Numbered from the stretch's first letter, positions 1-12,046 are shown. The stretch: 64,000 bases of DNA from Octopus vulgaris (GCA_951406725.2 OX597828.1:38688001-38752000); one strand, 5' to 3'. The notes: generated by a model from the letters alone, not told the origin. Numbers and translations are program-made.

Positions 1-200
1 AATCGTTAGCACGCCAGGGGAAATGCTCAGTGGCATTTCATCCATCTTTACGTTCTGAGTTCAAATTCTGTTGAGGATGAGTTTACCTTTCATCCTTTCA
101 GGGTCGACAAAATAAGTACCAGTTGAGTACTGAGGTTGATGCAATCGACTTAATCCATTACCCTGAGCCTGCTGGCCTTGTGCAAAAATTTGAAACCAGA
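1..200 (+). mobile_element. tRNA-derived SINE, family B (head ...gaatcgttagcacgcc), cut by window edge
   Basis: B-box-like GAGTTCAAATTC and body ctttcatcctttc.gggtcga.aaaataagtaccag shared with copies at 2055, 9890, 23978, 24415, 31330 and 58608. Confidence 0.75.
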
Positions 201-280
201 ATTCTTTCTTCAGATTGGTATTCTTTTAAATTTTGGCACAAGGCCATCAATTTTGATGGGAAGATTCAAGCCAATTACTC

Positions 281-872
281 ATACCGGCTGCCTCAGACAC
301 TCGTCGAAGAGCACCCTTGGAGGAACCATGTGGGCTGAAACAACCAGGAGGTGAACATGCTACTGCAACGCAAATGACGACGCCCGACAACACCTGCCTC
401 ATGGCTAATGCACCAACCTGTGTGACGATGCCAGAGCAATATCCCGCAGGCATGAAACTGGATGGGCAAAGACAGGGCAGCTGATGCAGCAGCGATGCAT
501 GCAAAGCTCCGCAGCCTGACTGCACACATCCTGGCAAATAGGGCTGGGAGTGTGAACAGATGACCGAAGCAGACGTGCGCTAGGCACACCCGCAATGGCG
601 CTGTCACCCCATATGTGTTCAGGCATGTTTTCAAGACCTGAATTCCAACTACAAGCTTTTCAAATGCAACAGTTTTAATATACGCTACCGAAGCTGGAAT
701 TACCATGGCTGCTGGCACCAGACTTGCCCTCCAGTCGATCCTCATTAACAGATTTGAAGTGTACTCATTCCAATCATGGGGCCTCAACAGAGTCCCACAT
801 TGATATTTTTCATCACTACCTCCCCATGCCGGGAGTGGGTAATTTGCACACCTGCTGCCTTCCTTGGATGTG
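281..872 (-). pseudogene. 18S rRNA: 18S rRNA pseudogene fragment (conserved block before V4 plus a GC-rich putative V4 expansion)
   Basis: Minus strand of 640-872 reads CACATCCAAGGAAGGCAGCAGG..CAAATTACCCACTCCCGGC..GGGGAGGTAGTGA..GAGGGCAAGTCTGGTGCCAGCAGCCATGGTAATTCCAGCT..GTAGTTGGA, a universal SSU block with CpG-to-TpG decay. Assigning 281-630 to V4 is inference. Confidence 0.85.
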
Positions 873-944
873 TACCCCCAGTACATGACTGATACTTGTT
901 TCATCAACACCCAAATGTTGTTTACCAATATATAGGCACAGGCT

Positions 945-1157
945 TATATAGGTAGGTCCTTTCACCATAACCATTTTTTCCACAGTCACCCACCTTTTCA
1001 CAAATTCACTGAGAGAGAGCACTTCCCTCTCCACCCTCATTTTCCTCTCCAAGTGGAATTTTTTAAAAAAAGACTAATGAGGGCTTGACCAAAGAGGAAT
1101 GTGTCTTTCTTCAATTCTTTCAGCCTCGGTCACCACATAATCTCTTTTACCATAGCT
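945..1157 (-). mobile_element. old 3' fragment of a Tx1-like LINE ORF2
   Basis: Translates ERKMRVEREVLSLSEFVKRWVTV, similar to KRKMRLERKVLSDSKFYERWVNC at the C-terminus of the 44875-48309 ORF. Confidence 0.75.
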
Positions 1158-1168
1158 CCTAGTTAAAA

Positions 1169-1478
1169 CAGTGGTTCTCAACAGAAATCCACATGGCCCT
1201 TGGGGGTCCAAAAACAGATTTGGTAATTAAAGTTTATGAGAAATAAATTGATTATACTTCCACTATATTCTTTTATTCTTTTATTTGTTTCAGACATTTG
1301 AGTATGACCTAGTACTTATTCTATCAGTCTCTATTGCTGAACTGCTAATGTACAGGGATGTAAACACACTAACATCAGTTATCAAGCGGTTGTGTTGGGT
1401 GACAAACACAGGCACACAAATACATACATACAAACACACACACACATACATACATACATACATACATACATACATACA

Positions 1479-1514
<36 letters not shown>

Positions 1515-1805
1515 TATGATGGGCTTCTTTCAGTTTCTGTCTACCAAATCCACTCCCATGGTTTGGTTGGCCCAAGGCTATAGTAGAAGACACTTGCTCA
1601 AGGTGCCACACAGTGGGACTGAACATGGAACCATATGGTTGGGAAGCAAGCATCTTACCACACAGCCACTCCTAACAATTTTTTATATACAATTCCTTAT
1701 ATTTAATTGCAAAAATATAATAGGAATTTTTGATAACATGGGAGTCCAGCAGAGCAAAATAGGGATCAATGGGGTCCAAAAGCAAAAAGTGGTTGAGATC
1801 CGCTG
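1169..1805. mobile_element. hAT (Charlie-type) MITE with a nested SINE
   Basis: TIRs CAGTGGTTCTCAAC / GTTGAGATCCGCTG; imperfect 8-bp TSD agttaaaa/agttagag. Confidence 0.6.
1268..1673 (-). mobile_element. tRNA-derived CORE-like SINE, family A
   Basis: Head ggagtggctgtgtggtaag..ggttcagtccc, CORE-like ccttgggcaagtgtctt segment, internal (TATG)n, shared 3' tail. Confidence 0.75.
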
Positions 1806-2054
1806 AGTTAGAGGAATACTTCTTGCTCTCATTTCTTTTATTGGGCACACAGGCACAAATACAGAGAGGACGGTACAAGGACAGACAGAACAATACAAGT
1901 GGGGACAAAAAACATGAAACGAATGAATGAAAATGGATTTATATAATGGATGGAGATGTAATGGCTACTCTAACCCCCACTTTCAAGCAGTGCCATTTTA
2001 ACTATATTTTTTCCTCTTTCTTATACCAACGTTTATCAAATTAATTCATTTTAT

Positions 2055-2282
2055 TTCTTTACTGCCCACAAGGGGCTACACACAGAGGGGACAAACTAGG
2101 ACAGACAAACGGATTAAGTCAATTATATCGATCCCAGTGCGTAACTGGTACTTATTTAATCGACCTCGAAAGGACGAAAGGCAAAGTCGGCCTCGGCAGA
2201 ATTTGAACTCAGAATGTAGCAGCAGACGAAATACCGCTAAGCATTTCGCTCAGCGTGCTAGCGATTCTGCCAGCTCCCCGCC
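2055..2282 (-). mobile_element. full-length SINE family B with a Tx1-like 3' tail
   Basis: Head ggcggggagctggcagaatcgctagcacgc; tail ttgtcccctctgtgtgtagccccttgtgggcagtaaagaaa. Confidence 0.8.
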
Positions 2283-2385
2283 TTTAAATTAATTCATCTT
2301 AATATACAAAATATGGTCTCAATTGTTCAAATTTCATCACAGGTGGTAGATAATCATATCCTACCTCTCGCCCTTGTGGGTTCCA

Positions 2386-3089
2386 GCTGTAGTGTGCAAG
2401 AGAGACGATTGCACTGGTATGGTCATGTGGCGAGAATGGATGAAGATAGTTGTGTGAAAAAGTGCCACACCCTAGCGGTTGAGGGAACATGTGGAAGAGG
2501 TAGACCTAGGAAAACCTGGGACGAGGGGGTGAAGCATGACCTTCGAACATTAGGTCTCACCGAGGCAATGACTAGTGACTGAGACCTTTGGAAGTATGCT
2601 GTGCATGAGAAGACCTGGCAGGACAAGTGAGGCCATAACCCGTGGCCTCTATGCATACCTTTCCTTCTTGGGACACAAAACTCTGCTTGCGAAGACCTGT
2701 TGAAGCAAGTAAAATCGGAATCGAAATCGAAATCACTCAAAAATCAATGGAAATTGTAGTTGTGATGCCAGTGCCGGTGGCACATAAAAGAACCATCCAA
2801 ACATGGCCGTAAACAGCGCCACCCCGACTGGCCTCCGTGCCGGTGGCATGTAAAAAGTACCAACCGATCATGGCCATTGCCAACCTTGCCTGGCACCATG
2901 CCGGTGGCACGTAAATAGCACCCACTACACTCACGGAGTGGTTGGCGTTAGGAAGGGCATCCAGCTGTAGAAACACTGCCAGATCAGACTGGGCCTAGAG
3001 CAGCCTCCTGGCTTCCCAGACCCCAGTCGAACCGTCCAACCCATGCTAGCATGGAAAGCGGATGTTAAACGATAATGATGATGATGATG
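2386..3089 (+). mobile_element. RTE-clade LINE, 5'-truncated (ORF C-terminus, 3'UTR, (GAT)n tail)
   Basis: ERRLHWYGHVARMDE..GRGRPRKTW..RDLW is the typical RTE C-terminus; ends in (GAT)n. Confidence 0.85.
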
Positions 3090-3547
3090 TTTATATCTAT
3101 TAATATACATTCCATGCCTGACACACGTATATTGTCCTCCTCTATAATTCTTATTACAGACTTCGTTTTTGCAATTTTTTCCTTGATGGTCGTGTTCGAC
3201 CAATAGTTCGTTAGATACGCCCAGTGTTTATAACTGTCCTATAATGCTTGTGTGTGTTTAGTTGTAGATTCTGGGTTGTCAGTGTTTGCTTGGGTGTACT
3301 TAATTGGAGATTTTGAGTTAGAGGAATACTTCTTGCTCTGCCTTGCTAAAGGTGTGTAGTGAGGTAATCTTCATGGTGGATTCTGCTAGTAGTCAGATTC
3401 ATCTTACATGTGACAAATAATCACCAGTTGATATGTTAAGCTAGCAGTGACCAGGTGAGATGGTAGGTGAGGTGATCTAATGAATTAAACACCAACAGCT
3501 TTGAACTTCCACTGAACAGCAAACCACCATTTGTTATGCTGATAACA

Positions 3548-3795
3548 TTCCAATGCCACTACTACCACTACCACCACTGTCACCACCACCAATACCACTA
3601 CACCACCATCACCATCCCTACTATGCTGACCTCCACCATCACTGCCATTACTATTACTGTGGTCATGGCTTAAAACTTTCAACGCCACTACCACAGTCAA
3701 CTCTATCAGCTATTCCCAACCCATCCTACCCCGCCCTTCAAAAGCAGTCATCACTACCACCACTACCACCATCACCACCCAACCCCACCACTCCT
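3548..3795. repeat. degenerate (CAC/CAT)n low-complexity tract
   Basis: Direct inspection. Confidence 0.8.
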
Positions 3796-3975
3796 ATGTT
3801 TAAGAAAACTGAACCAAAAATAATTTCATTTAATTAAATCTTGTAATAAAAGTCCTGCATTTGGACATCCACCATCACTGTCAGCACCCCAACACACCCC
3901 TACTCCGACCCTTCTCTCCATACCATCAATCAGAGATTCTGTTAATTGGATCAGGTTGTTTGAATATGTAAGCGC

Positions 3976-4200
3976 GTGTGTGTGTGTGTGTGTGTGTGTG
4001 CACACTTATGCATGTGCATGAGTATGTGTGCAGGTGCATGTGTGTATGTGTATGTGCATATGTGTATGTGCATATGTGTATGTGTGTGTGTGCACACATT
4101 GTGTGTGCACATACATGTGTGTGTGTGCGTGTGCATGTGTGTGTGTGTGTGCATGTGTATGTGTTTGTGTGTGCATGTGTGTGTGTGAGTGCCATTATGT
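3976..4200. repeat. (TG)n/(TATG)n microsatellite
   Basis: Direct inspection. Confidence 0.9.
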
Positions 4201-4474
4201 GAGTGTGGGAGTGCCTGGGTGTGAGAGGAATTTGTTTCCTCAAATAACACAAGATCAACCCTCAGGCTAGCAGATGATAATCTTGTTGACTCACATTAAT
4301 CACATCACTTGATCATATCATCACAAACGTCCTACCATTATACCACCACATTGTCACAACATCAAATGATTGCAGACTCACACCACCAAATCCTCATAAA
4401 CCCCGATCATCACAAATTCACATTTTTACATTTCCTCTACTGCAAGATACCTGCTGCTGTCCCTCTGTCGTGCT

Positions 4475-5487
4475 CAGGGTCGTCGCTTAGCCCCTGCAAC
4501 CCCTGCGGTCACAGGGGGCCACTGCAGTTGAGAGGCCCCATGTTAAGATCAAAGTACATAGATTAGTCATCTGTTTGCTTTTGTTAAGATGTTGAACAAT
4601 AATTAAAATATGTTAATTGAAATAAAATGGTAATACATTGTATCTGCAAAAGTTCTTGTAAAAATATTACATTGTACCACGAACATGTACCAGACTTTGT
4701 GGGTTGCCTATGATATCTATTGAATTTAGCTCTCAGCTTGATTATTCTGAACTGATTGATGATTTGGGGTAGCAAAAAATGTGCCATGTTTGTCATTGAA
4801 AGTTGCCTGGATTATAAAAGTTCTCTTTTATTCATATCTTTTTTACTTCTCTTCTTTACTTGTTTCAGTCATTTGACTGTGGCCATGCTGGACCACTGCC
4901 TTTAATTGAGCAAATCGACCCCAAGACTTATTCTTTGTAAGCCTAGTACTTATTCTATTGGTCTCTTTTGCTGAATCACTAAGTTACGGGGACATAAACA
5001 CACCAGCATCGGATGTCAAGCAATGTTGGGGGTACAAACACAGACACACAAACACACAAACACACACACGCATATATATATATATATATATACATATATG
5101 CAACAGGCTTCTTTCAGTTTCCGTCTACCAAATCCACTCACAAGGCTTTGGTCGGCCTGAGGATATAGTAGAAGACACTTGCCCAAGGTGCCACGCAGTG
5201 GGACTGAACCCGGGACCATGTGGTTGGTAAGCAAGCTACTTACAACACAGCCACTACTACACCTATGGAAGTTTGACTTTTTGAAATTTGTAATAGACCT
5301 AAATAAATTTAACTTGTTTTACTTTTAAAGATATTCTGTAGGATAACATGAAATATTGAGCTTCAGATGGCATAAAGTAAAACATAGCTATGAATAAAAG
5401 GTGCATATATTATGAATTTTGATTGAAGGGATGGGACCTTGAGACAAAAAGTTGCAGGGGGCTTCTAAAAGTCACACGACGGAGCTG
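4475..5487 (+). mobile_element. degenerate non-autonomous hAT element with a nested SINE A (4843-5265, minus)
   Basis: Ends CAGGGTCGTCG / CGACGGAGCTG; remnant QLDYSELIDD..SKK resembles hAT transposase C-termini; 8-bp flanks gtcgtgct/atcacact differ only by transitions. Confidence 0.45.
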
Positions 5488-6187
5488 ATCACACTTTAGC
5501 CTTTTTGTTATCATGTTTCTCTAGAAGTACGCCCACTTTATTCCAATTAATTTTGAAAATAATGAAGAATTTACTAAAATATCTTTGTCATTACTAAGTT
5601 GGTAATCGGGACATAAATTAACATAGAAGCTTAATGAAAAATTTTTATTTAGATCATTTAGTGGGACGTTTGCATCATAGAAGCAAGGCTAGTCTTGGTC
5701 AGGCTGGTATCAAAAGGTTAAGCTCTCATCACTTGGCACATAGCCATCTCTCTCAATACTAACACCCTCCCACTCAAGGGTTCTTTGTCTTGCAAGTTAT
5801 TTGGTGATCCTGCCAGTACTGGTTCTGGTACTGGTTCCACATAAAAGAGCATCCAGTTCACCTTGTAAAGTGGTAGTCATTAGGAAGGGATTAAACAATA
5901 GAAACCATGCCAAAGCAGACAGTAGATCTTCGTGCAGTCTTCTGTCAAACCTTCGAACCGATGCCAGCATGGAAAATGTACATTAAATGGTGACTGTGAT
6001 GATGATGATGATGACGATGATATCGTTACATCATTTGAAACTCACAAAATCACATCATTACAGTTTGATGTCATCAGACCCATCATAAGCTTGCAAATTC
6101 ACAACCAGCAAAACAAACTTATGTCATCATATGACATCACAGACTCATATCATATCACGCCAGGCAGTTAGTTGAAGCTGGTGACAG

Positions 6188-6258
6188 AGTGGGGGGGGTA
6201 AGGAAGGTGAAGAAAGGAAGGAAGGAAGGCGGGAGGGAGGGAGGGAGGGAGGAAGGAA

Positions 6259-6332
<74 letters not shown>

Positions 6333-6660
6333 AGGAAAGGAAAGAGAGAACGAAGGGTGGGAGGAAGGAAGAAAGAAAGAGAAGGAAGGGATGAGAGGAA
6401 GAGAGAGAATGAAGGGTGGGAGGAAGGAAGAAAGAAAGAGGAGGAAGAGAGAGAAGGAAGGAAGGAAGGAAGGAAGGAAATAAGGAAGGAACTGGAAGGT
6501 GGAGTGAATGCAAAAGACAGAGTTAGACAGGATGAGAGGAACAGTGGTAGTAAATGAAACAAAGGAAGGGGACATACTTTTCAAAGCAGAGAAAGCCAGA
6601 GAAAGGGAGAGAGAGAGAGAGACAGACAGAAACAGAGAGAGAGAGAGACAGACAGAGAGA
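6188..6660. repeat. purine-rich (GAAA)n/(GGAA)n/(GA)n tract
   Basis: Direct inspection. Confidence 0.9.
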
Positions 6661-6750
6661 AGTATGAGTTGACCAACATTTTGATTGCTTCTTTGAAATA
6701 AACAGCATAAACAATAGGATTGATCCACTTTGTTATGTTTGTTAGTTTAC

Positions 6751-7070
6751 TTCTTTTCTTTACTTGTTTCAGTCATTTGACTGTGGCCATGCTGGGGCAC
6801 TGCCTTTAGTCGAGCAAATCAAGCCCAGGACTTTTTCTATGTAAGCCTAGTACTTACTCTATCCGTCTCTTTTGCCGAACTGCTAAGTTACGGGGGACGT
6901 AAACACACCAGCATCAGTTGTCAAGTGATGTTGTAGTACTTACTCTATCCGTCTCTTTTGCCGAACTGCTAAGTTACGGGGGACGTAAACACACCAGCAT
7001 CAGTTGTCAAGTGATGTTGTGGGGACAAACACAGACAAACACAGACACAGAAACATATACACACACATGC

Positions 7071-7103
<33 letters not shown>

Positions 7104-7310
7104 CATACATACATATATACAGAGAGTTTCTTGAGTTGAGTTGGCACATCCATTTTCCAGTTTGCACCACCAAACCTATATACATACATGCATATATGTG
7201 TAAGGTGTGTGTATGCATATATACACATAGGAGAGAAAATTCCATTAAGGTAAAATAAAATACAGAACCATGTGGTTGGTAAGCAAGGTACTTACCACAC
7301 AGCCACTCCT
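6751..7310 (-). mobile_element. SINE family A with an internal ~86-bp tandem duplication and an inserted copy of neighbouring sequence
   Basis: 6848-6933 is repeated at 6934-7020; 7119-7262 duplicates 7374-7530. Confidence 0.7.
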
Positions 7311-7487
7311 AAGCATTTGGAAACATATACGTTTCTTATTAATAACCAGCAAAAGTTACAGAGTGACTCAAAGACAGAGAGTTTCTTGAGTTGAGTTGGC
7401 ACATCCATTTTCCAGTTTGCACCACCAAACCTATATACATACATGCATATATGTGTAAGTGTGTGTGTATGCATATATACACATACA

Positions 7488-7698
7488 AGGAGGTGCAGAA
7501 AATTCCATTGCTTTGGGTAAAATAAAATACAGAAGGGTCAGTAAATTATGATTTTATTCAACATATTCCCCTCTCAGATTCACACACTTATTGAAGCGGT
7601 CCTTCATCTCTTCTAAGCCCTGTAAAAGAACTCAGAAGGTTGGGCCCCCAACCAGGCCTTTCACAATAGCCTTAAATCCCCAAACTTTTCAACACACC
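7488..7698 (-). mobile_element. mariner-derived MITE (~210 bp)
   Basis: Same family as 15823, 54490 and 55749; keeps the transposase end CNKCVNLRGEYVE*. Confidence 0.6.
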
Positions 7699-7795
7699 AT
7701 CATATATGTATATACATATGTATGTATGTATGTACGTATGTATGTATGAATGTATGTATGTATGTATGCATAAATGTATGTATGTACGTATATAT

Positions 7796-8193
7796 GTTGA
7801 CATGCAATGTCTGTGCAAGACCCTGCCTCAGTAAAGCTGAACTCAAGAGTCATCTTCGTAGTCATAAAGTGAGACAGATGAGTGACAACCTAGCCACTGG
7901 TGGTGATGTAACACACCATACTAATCATATCTGTCGGGCATGTGGAAGAGAGTGTAATTCGGCAGGAGGACTTAAACGACATGCAAAGGTACATGAAGCC
8001 CAGTTACAACTACAGCCGGCTATTGCCGGTAAAGGTTTTAGTTGTCAATTCTGTACAAGACATTGTAGATCTTTAGCTGTGCTAAAAAGTCACATTCGAT
8101 CACAGCACCAGTAACAGTTAAGCTTCGTGCAATGCTCCAGTATGGCCGCAGTCAAATGACTGAAACAAGTAAAAGAGTAAAAGAGTAAAAGAG
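7796..8193 (+). mobile_element. 3' end of a non-LTR retrotransposon (RTE-like) encoding three C2H2 zinc fingers, followed by the SINE-A tail
   Basis: CNVC..HLRSH, CRAC..HAKVH, CQFC..HIRSQH, stop at 8114, then gctccagtatggccgcagtcaaatgactgaaacaag(taaaagag)3. Confidence 0.7.
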
Positions 8194-8444
8194 AATATAT
8201 AATGACATGTGACAGGGGCAGAACATGACACGACTAAAACGTAAAGCCAATAAGCTGATGTAATGATTTTCCACTCCCTGACGTGATTATGGCTTTTTTA
8301 TCTCAATGATTTCATTTACATTTCAATCCATGATTAAGAACTGAATTAATGAAGTCTTAGAGACAACAAAACAGGCTTTATTTACACATCCCACGTATAT
8401 GTCACCTTTCGTATTATGCAAGACAAGGTGAAAACAACAATAAA

Positions 8445-8448
8445 CACA

Positions 8449-8479
<31 letters not shown>

Positions 8480-8755
8480 GCACACACACATATGCACAAT
8501 ACCTATGCACATACACACACACTCACATACACGCATGCACACACACTCATACACGCACACATATGCACAAACACACACTCACACGCACATATGCACACAC
8601 ACTCACACTCACACTCACACACATACATATGCACACACTCACAAACACACACACACATGCACACATACACATATGCACACACACACACATACATATCTAT
8701 ATATCTATTAATATACATGCATACACACACACATATACGTGTATATCTATATATT
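8445..8755. repeat. (CA)n-type microsatellite
   Basis: Direct inspection. Confidence 0.9.
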
Positions 8756-9074
8756 CATCTCTTACTACCACTTCTATCAATAGGCATAGGTGTTGCTGTG
8801 TAGCGTGAAACTTGTTTCCCAACCACATGATTTTGGGTTCAATCCTATTGCATGGCACCTTGGGCAAGTACCATCTACAATAGCCCCGGACCAACCAAAA
8901 GTTCTCTGAGTATATATGTTGATGGAAAGAAGTCAATCATGTATATATAAATATATATACTTTATTGTTGAATTTTCTGCTGCTTTAAATAAAGCATATT
9001 ACCCTACCACTGGTATTTGAGTACTCTTTTTTCCACCTCGTTTCACATTTATGTGTTTACTCCGGTATAAATAT

Positions 9075-9330
9075 ATATATATATTTCGTTTTTGTATTTG
9101 GTTTGCAAGATTCTTTATGTGAATTCGTGTGTTGAAGCATATTTTATTGTTTCTAGGTGAGTCATTCTGTTTTAATACCTTATTAATGGACACACTGGTT
9201 CAGTTTCCACTTATTTACTTATTTATTTTTTCTAAAATTTTTGTTGCTTCTTGCAACCTCTTCAATAGTCATTGAGTGTGTCAATTAATAAGGCATTAAA
9301 ACAGAATGCCTCTCCCCAGACAGAATAATA
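9075..9330. mobile_element. Penelope-like remnant with inverted arms and a degenerate hammerhead
   Basis: Arms ~9143-9196 and ~9275-9330 are inverted; minus-strand CTA TTGAAGA G GTTGC aagaa GCAAC (A)AA AATT T TAG; flanked by (TA)n; related copy at 36258-36510. Confidence 0.55.
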
Positions 9331-10389
9331 TATATATATCTGTGCCGGTGGCATGTGTAAAAAGATTTGAATGAGGTCATTGCCAGTACCGCCTGACTGG
9401 CCCCGTGCCGGTGGCACGTAAAAAGCACCCACTGCACTCTCAGAGTGGTTGGCGTTAGGAAGGGCATCCAGCTGTAGAAACTCTGCCAGATCAAGATTGG
9501 AACCTGGTGCGGCCATCTGGTTCACCTGTCCTCAGTTGAATCATCCAACCCATGCTAGCATGGAAGGCTGACGTTAAACGATGATGATGATGATGATGAT
9601 GATGTATACATACATACATATATATAAATATAAAAATGGAACAAAAATACAATAGAGGGCATTAAAACATTTGGACAGATAGACGATACAAAGGTGGACA
9701 AGAGAAAGAACAATTAGAAGGACAGGCAAAAAAAGACGGGTTATTCTTGGCTTTCTTTCATCAGTCAAGTCCTAGAAGTCACGACCATTTCGGACAGTTA
9801 CACTTGAGCTGGTTCGATCAGGTTGTCCCCAAAAAAGTCTAAGCTAAGAGCATTAGACCCCTTTGTAAGAAAGCTAGCAAATGTGTATGGCTCGCTATGT
9901 TCTGAGTTCAGATTCCACTCGGGTCAACTTTGTCTTTCGTACTTTCAGGGTTGATAAAATATATACCAGTGCAATACTGGGGGTGGTATAATTTATTTAC
10001 CTCCTCCCCTTAAATTGTTAGCCCTGTGCCAAAGGTCGAAACCATTATCATCATCATCATCGTCGTCATCGTTGGCATCATCATTCTCATCATCATCATT
10101 ATTATTGTTATTATTATTATTAAGATCAACACAAAGGTCATGTTCTTTAAACAATGTAAATATACTTAAAAATACACAACGTACTAAGTAAAAAGTCTAA
10201 CAAACAAATATCTAATTTATTCCATAAACGAAACAGAAGAAAGTCATTTACTCAGATTTTCATATTTTATTTTATATTTTTATATCCCGGTTAATCACTG
10301 ATTTTGCTATATTTCTAACTGTAGCATCATAGCAACATTGACTAAACAATCATCCTCAATATTTCATTTCCAAATGGGGCATTTTATAC

Positions 10390-10790
10390 AGGAGTGGCTG
10401 TGTGGTAAGTAGCTTGCTAACCAACCACATGGTTCCGGGTTCAGTCCCACTGCGTGGCATCTTGGGCAAGTGTCTTCTGCTATAGCCCCGGGCCGACCAA
10501 TGCCTTGTGAGTGGATTTGGTAGACGGAAACTGAAAGAAGCCTGTCGTATATATGTATATATATATATATGTGTGTGTGTATGTGTTTGTCCCCCTAGCA
10601 TTGCTTGACAACCGATGCTGGTGTGTTTACATCCCCGTCACTTAGCGGTTCGGCAAAACAGCCCGATAGAATAAGTACTGGGCTTACAAAAGAATAAGTC
10701 CCGGGGTCGAGTTGCTCGATTAAAGGTGGTGCTCCAGCATGGCCACAGTCAAATGACTGAAACAAGTAAAATAGTAAAAGAGTAAAAGAG
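10390..10790 (+). mobile_element. full-length SINE family A
   Basis: Complete head, CORE-like block and (TAAAAGAG)n tail; other copies at ~17765, 19171, 24604, 25789, 27611, 30840, 35683, 42236, 54655 and 60886. Confidence 0.85.
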
Positions 10791-11343
10791 AATATGTGTT
10801 TATGTATGCCAGGTATTAACACATAACATTTTCATTAACGCCACCACTGAATTTAGGACGTTTATATTACTTATGAGGTAGTCTATATTTTTCAGTTAGT
10901 GTGTAGCTGGGCCTCAAGGGGATGGTACAAACCTAGCAATATGTGTTTTATAGTGAAAACAAAATTTCCATTCAAATGGCAATTATTGGATGATTTTCTG
11001 TTCAAGTCTAACCATTTTAAGTCATAGTGGAAACACAACCTATTGTTGCAAATAGGCATATGAATATTGTATAAATTTTATAATTGAAAAATTTACTATA
11101 TTTTGCACATACAAGAATACCAGCCTGTGGATGCAATAGAATGGGCTCACAAGTGCAACTGCACCCACAGGCGGGGGTTGCCCCAACCCTGATTTGATTT
11201 AAGCCTAATTTTCTTGCTTCCCATTTTATGAATATTATTTTATTGTCTCTTACATGTAATATCTTTGCATTTTATTTCTGTTTTTCATAAAGAATTTCAT
11301 TTTTTACATCCTGTAATTAGTTAGGGTTTTTTTAAATATTTAA

Positions 11344-11553
11344 CCCTTTTGTTACCAACACAGCTCTGGTTCTGAGTACAAATGTCTTGTTTTCATAGGT
11401 TTCGAATTAAAATCTTCCACCAAACCTTAGTCACAATTTATGTTCCTAACACTAGCCGAATGATAAATAAATTATTTTACTAAATTCTTTGTTAAATTTA
11501 GAGTAATTGAAAGAAACACAGAGCATCTCAAAATAAATACAGCAACGAAAGAG
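11344..11553. mobile_element. piggyBac-like MITE
   Basis: TTAA-CCCTTTTGTTAC ... GCAACGAAAGAG-TTAA; related copies at ~5495-5722 and ~40370-40793. Confidence 0.6.
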
Positions 11554-12046
11554 TTAATAAGCTCTTTTTTTGTTGCAGTTTTGCTCTTCCATAACATGTT
11601 TGTTTAAACTTATTTAAAAGTCTCTCTAACCTATTTTTCTTTAGCTTCATTTGCCGTACTTGCTCTCTATGTTGCTTGTAACCTTATGTCTTGTTAGAAG
11701 AAAAAGAGACAGACATTTTTAATAACTTGGCAATACATTAACCTAGATAAAAATAAAATAAGATGTGTTTTTCTTTGCCCAATAAAGACATGGTGAAATT
11801 CTAGTTCTTTCACCGTTTAAACACTTGAGATAAGTAAACAACGATGAGAGCCGGCATGGTTTGATAAATTGTGTGTGTGTGTGTGTGAGGGTGTTGAGAT
11901 TGGCTGGAAGCGGAGAGTCAGTGATGTCCTGCAAACTACAGTGATGCCATGCAAACCAGAATGTGATGTTGGTTCAATCCCACTCTACCTCAGTTCTAGA
12001 TCATTCAAAGCTTGTGAATGAAACTTGGTAGAAAGGAAACAGTAGA

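Noticed and set aside
281-872. Functional rDNA unit
   Set aside because: Short, mutated in universally conserved positions, and embedded in a SINE
293-928. 211-aa ORF
   Set aside because: Chance frame across the 18S pseudogene
6189-6557. Lys/Glu/Arg-rich 122-aa ORF
   Set aside because: Translation of (GAAA)n/(GGAA)n
7722-8114. Host C2H2 zinc-finger gene
   Set aside because: The N-terminus is microsatellite, there are no TGEKP linkers, and a retroposon tail follows the stop
9755-9830. Hammerhead-like CTGATGA and CTGATCGA..GAAA on the minus strand
   Set aside because: Core spacing and stems are unconvincing
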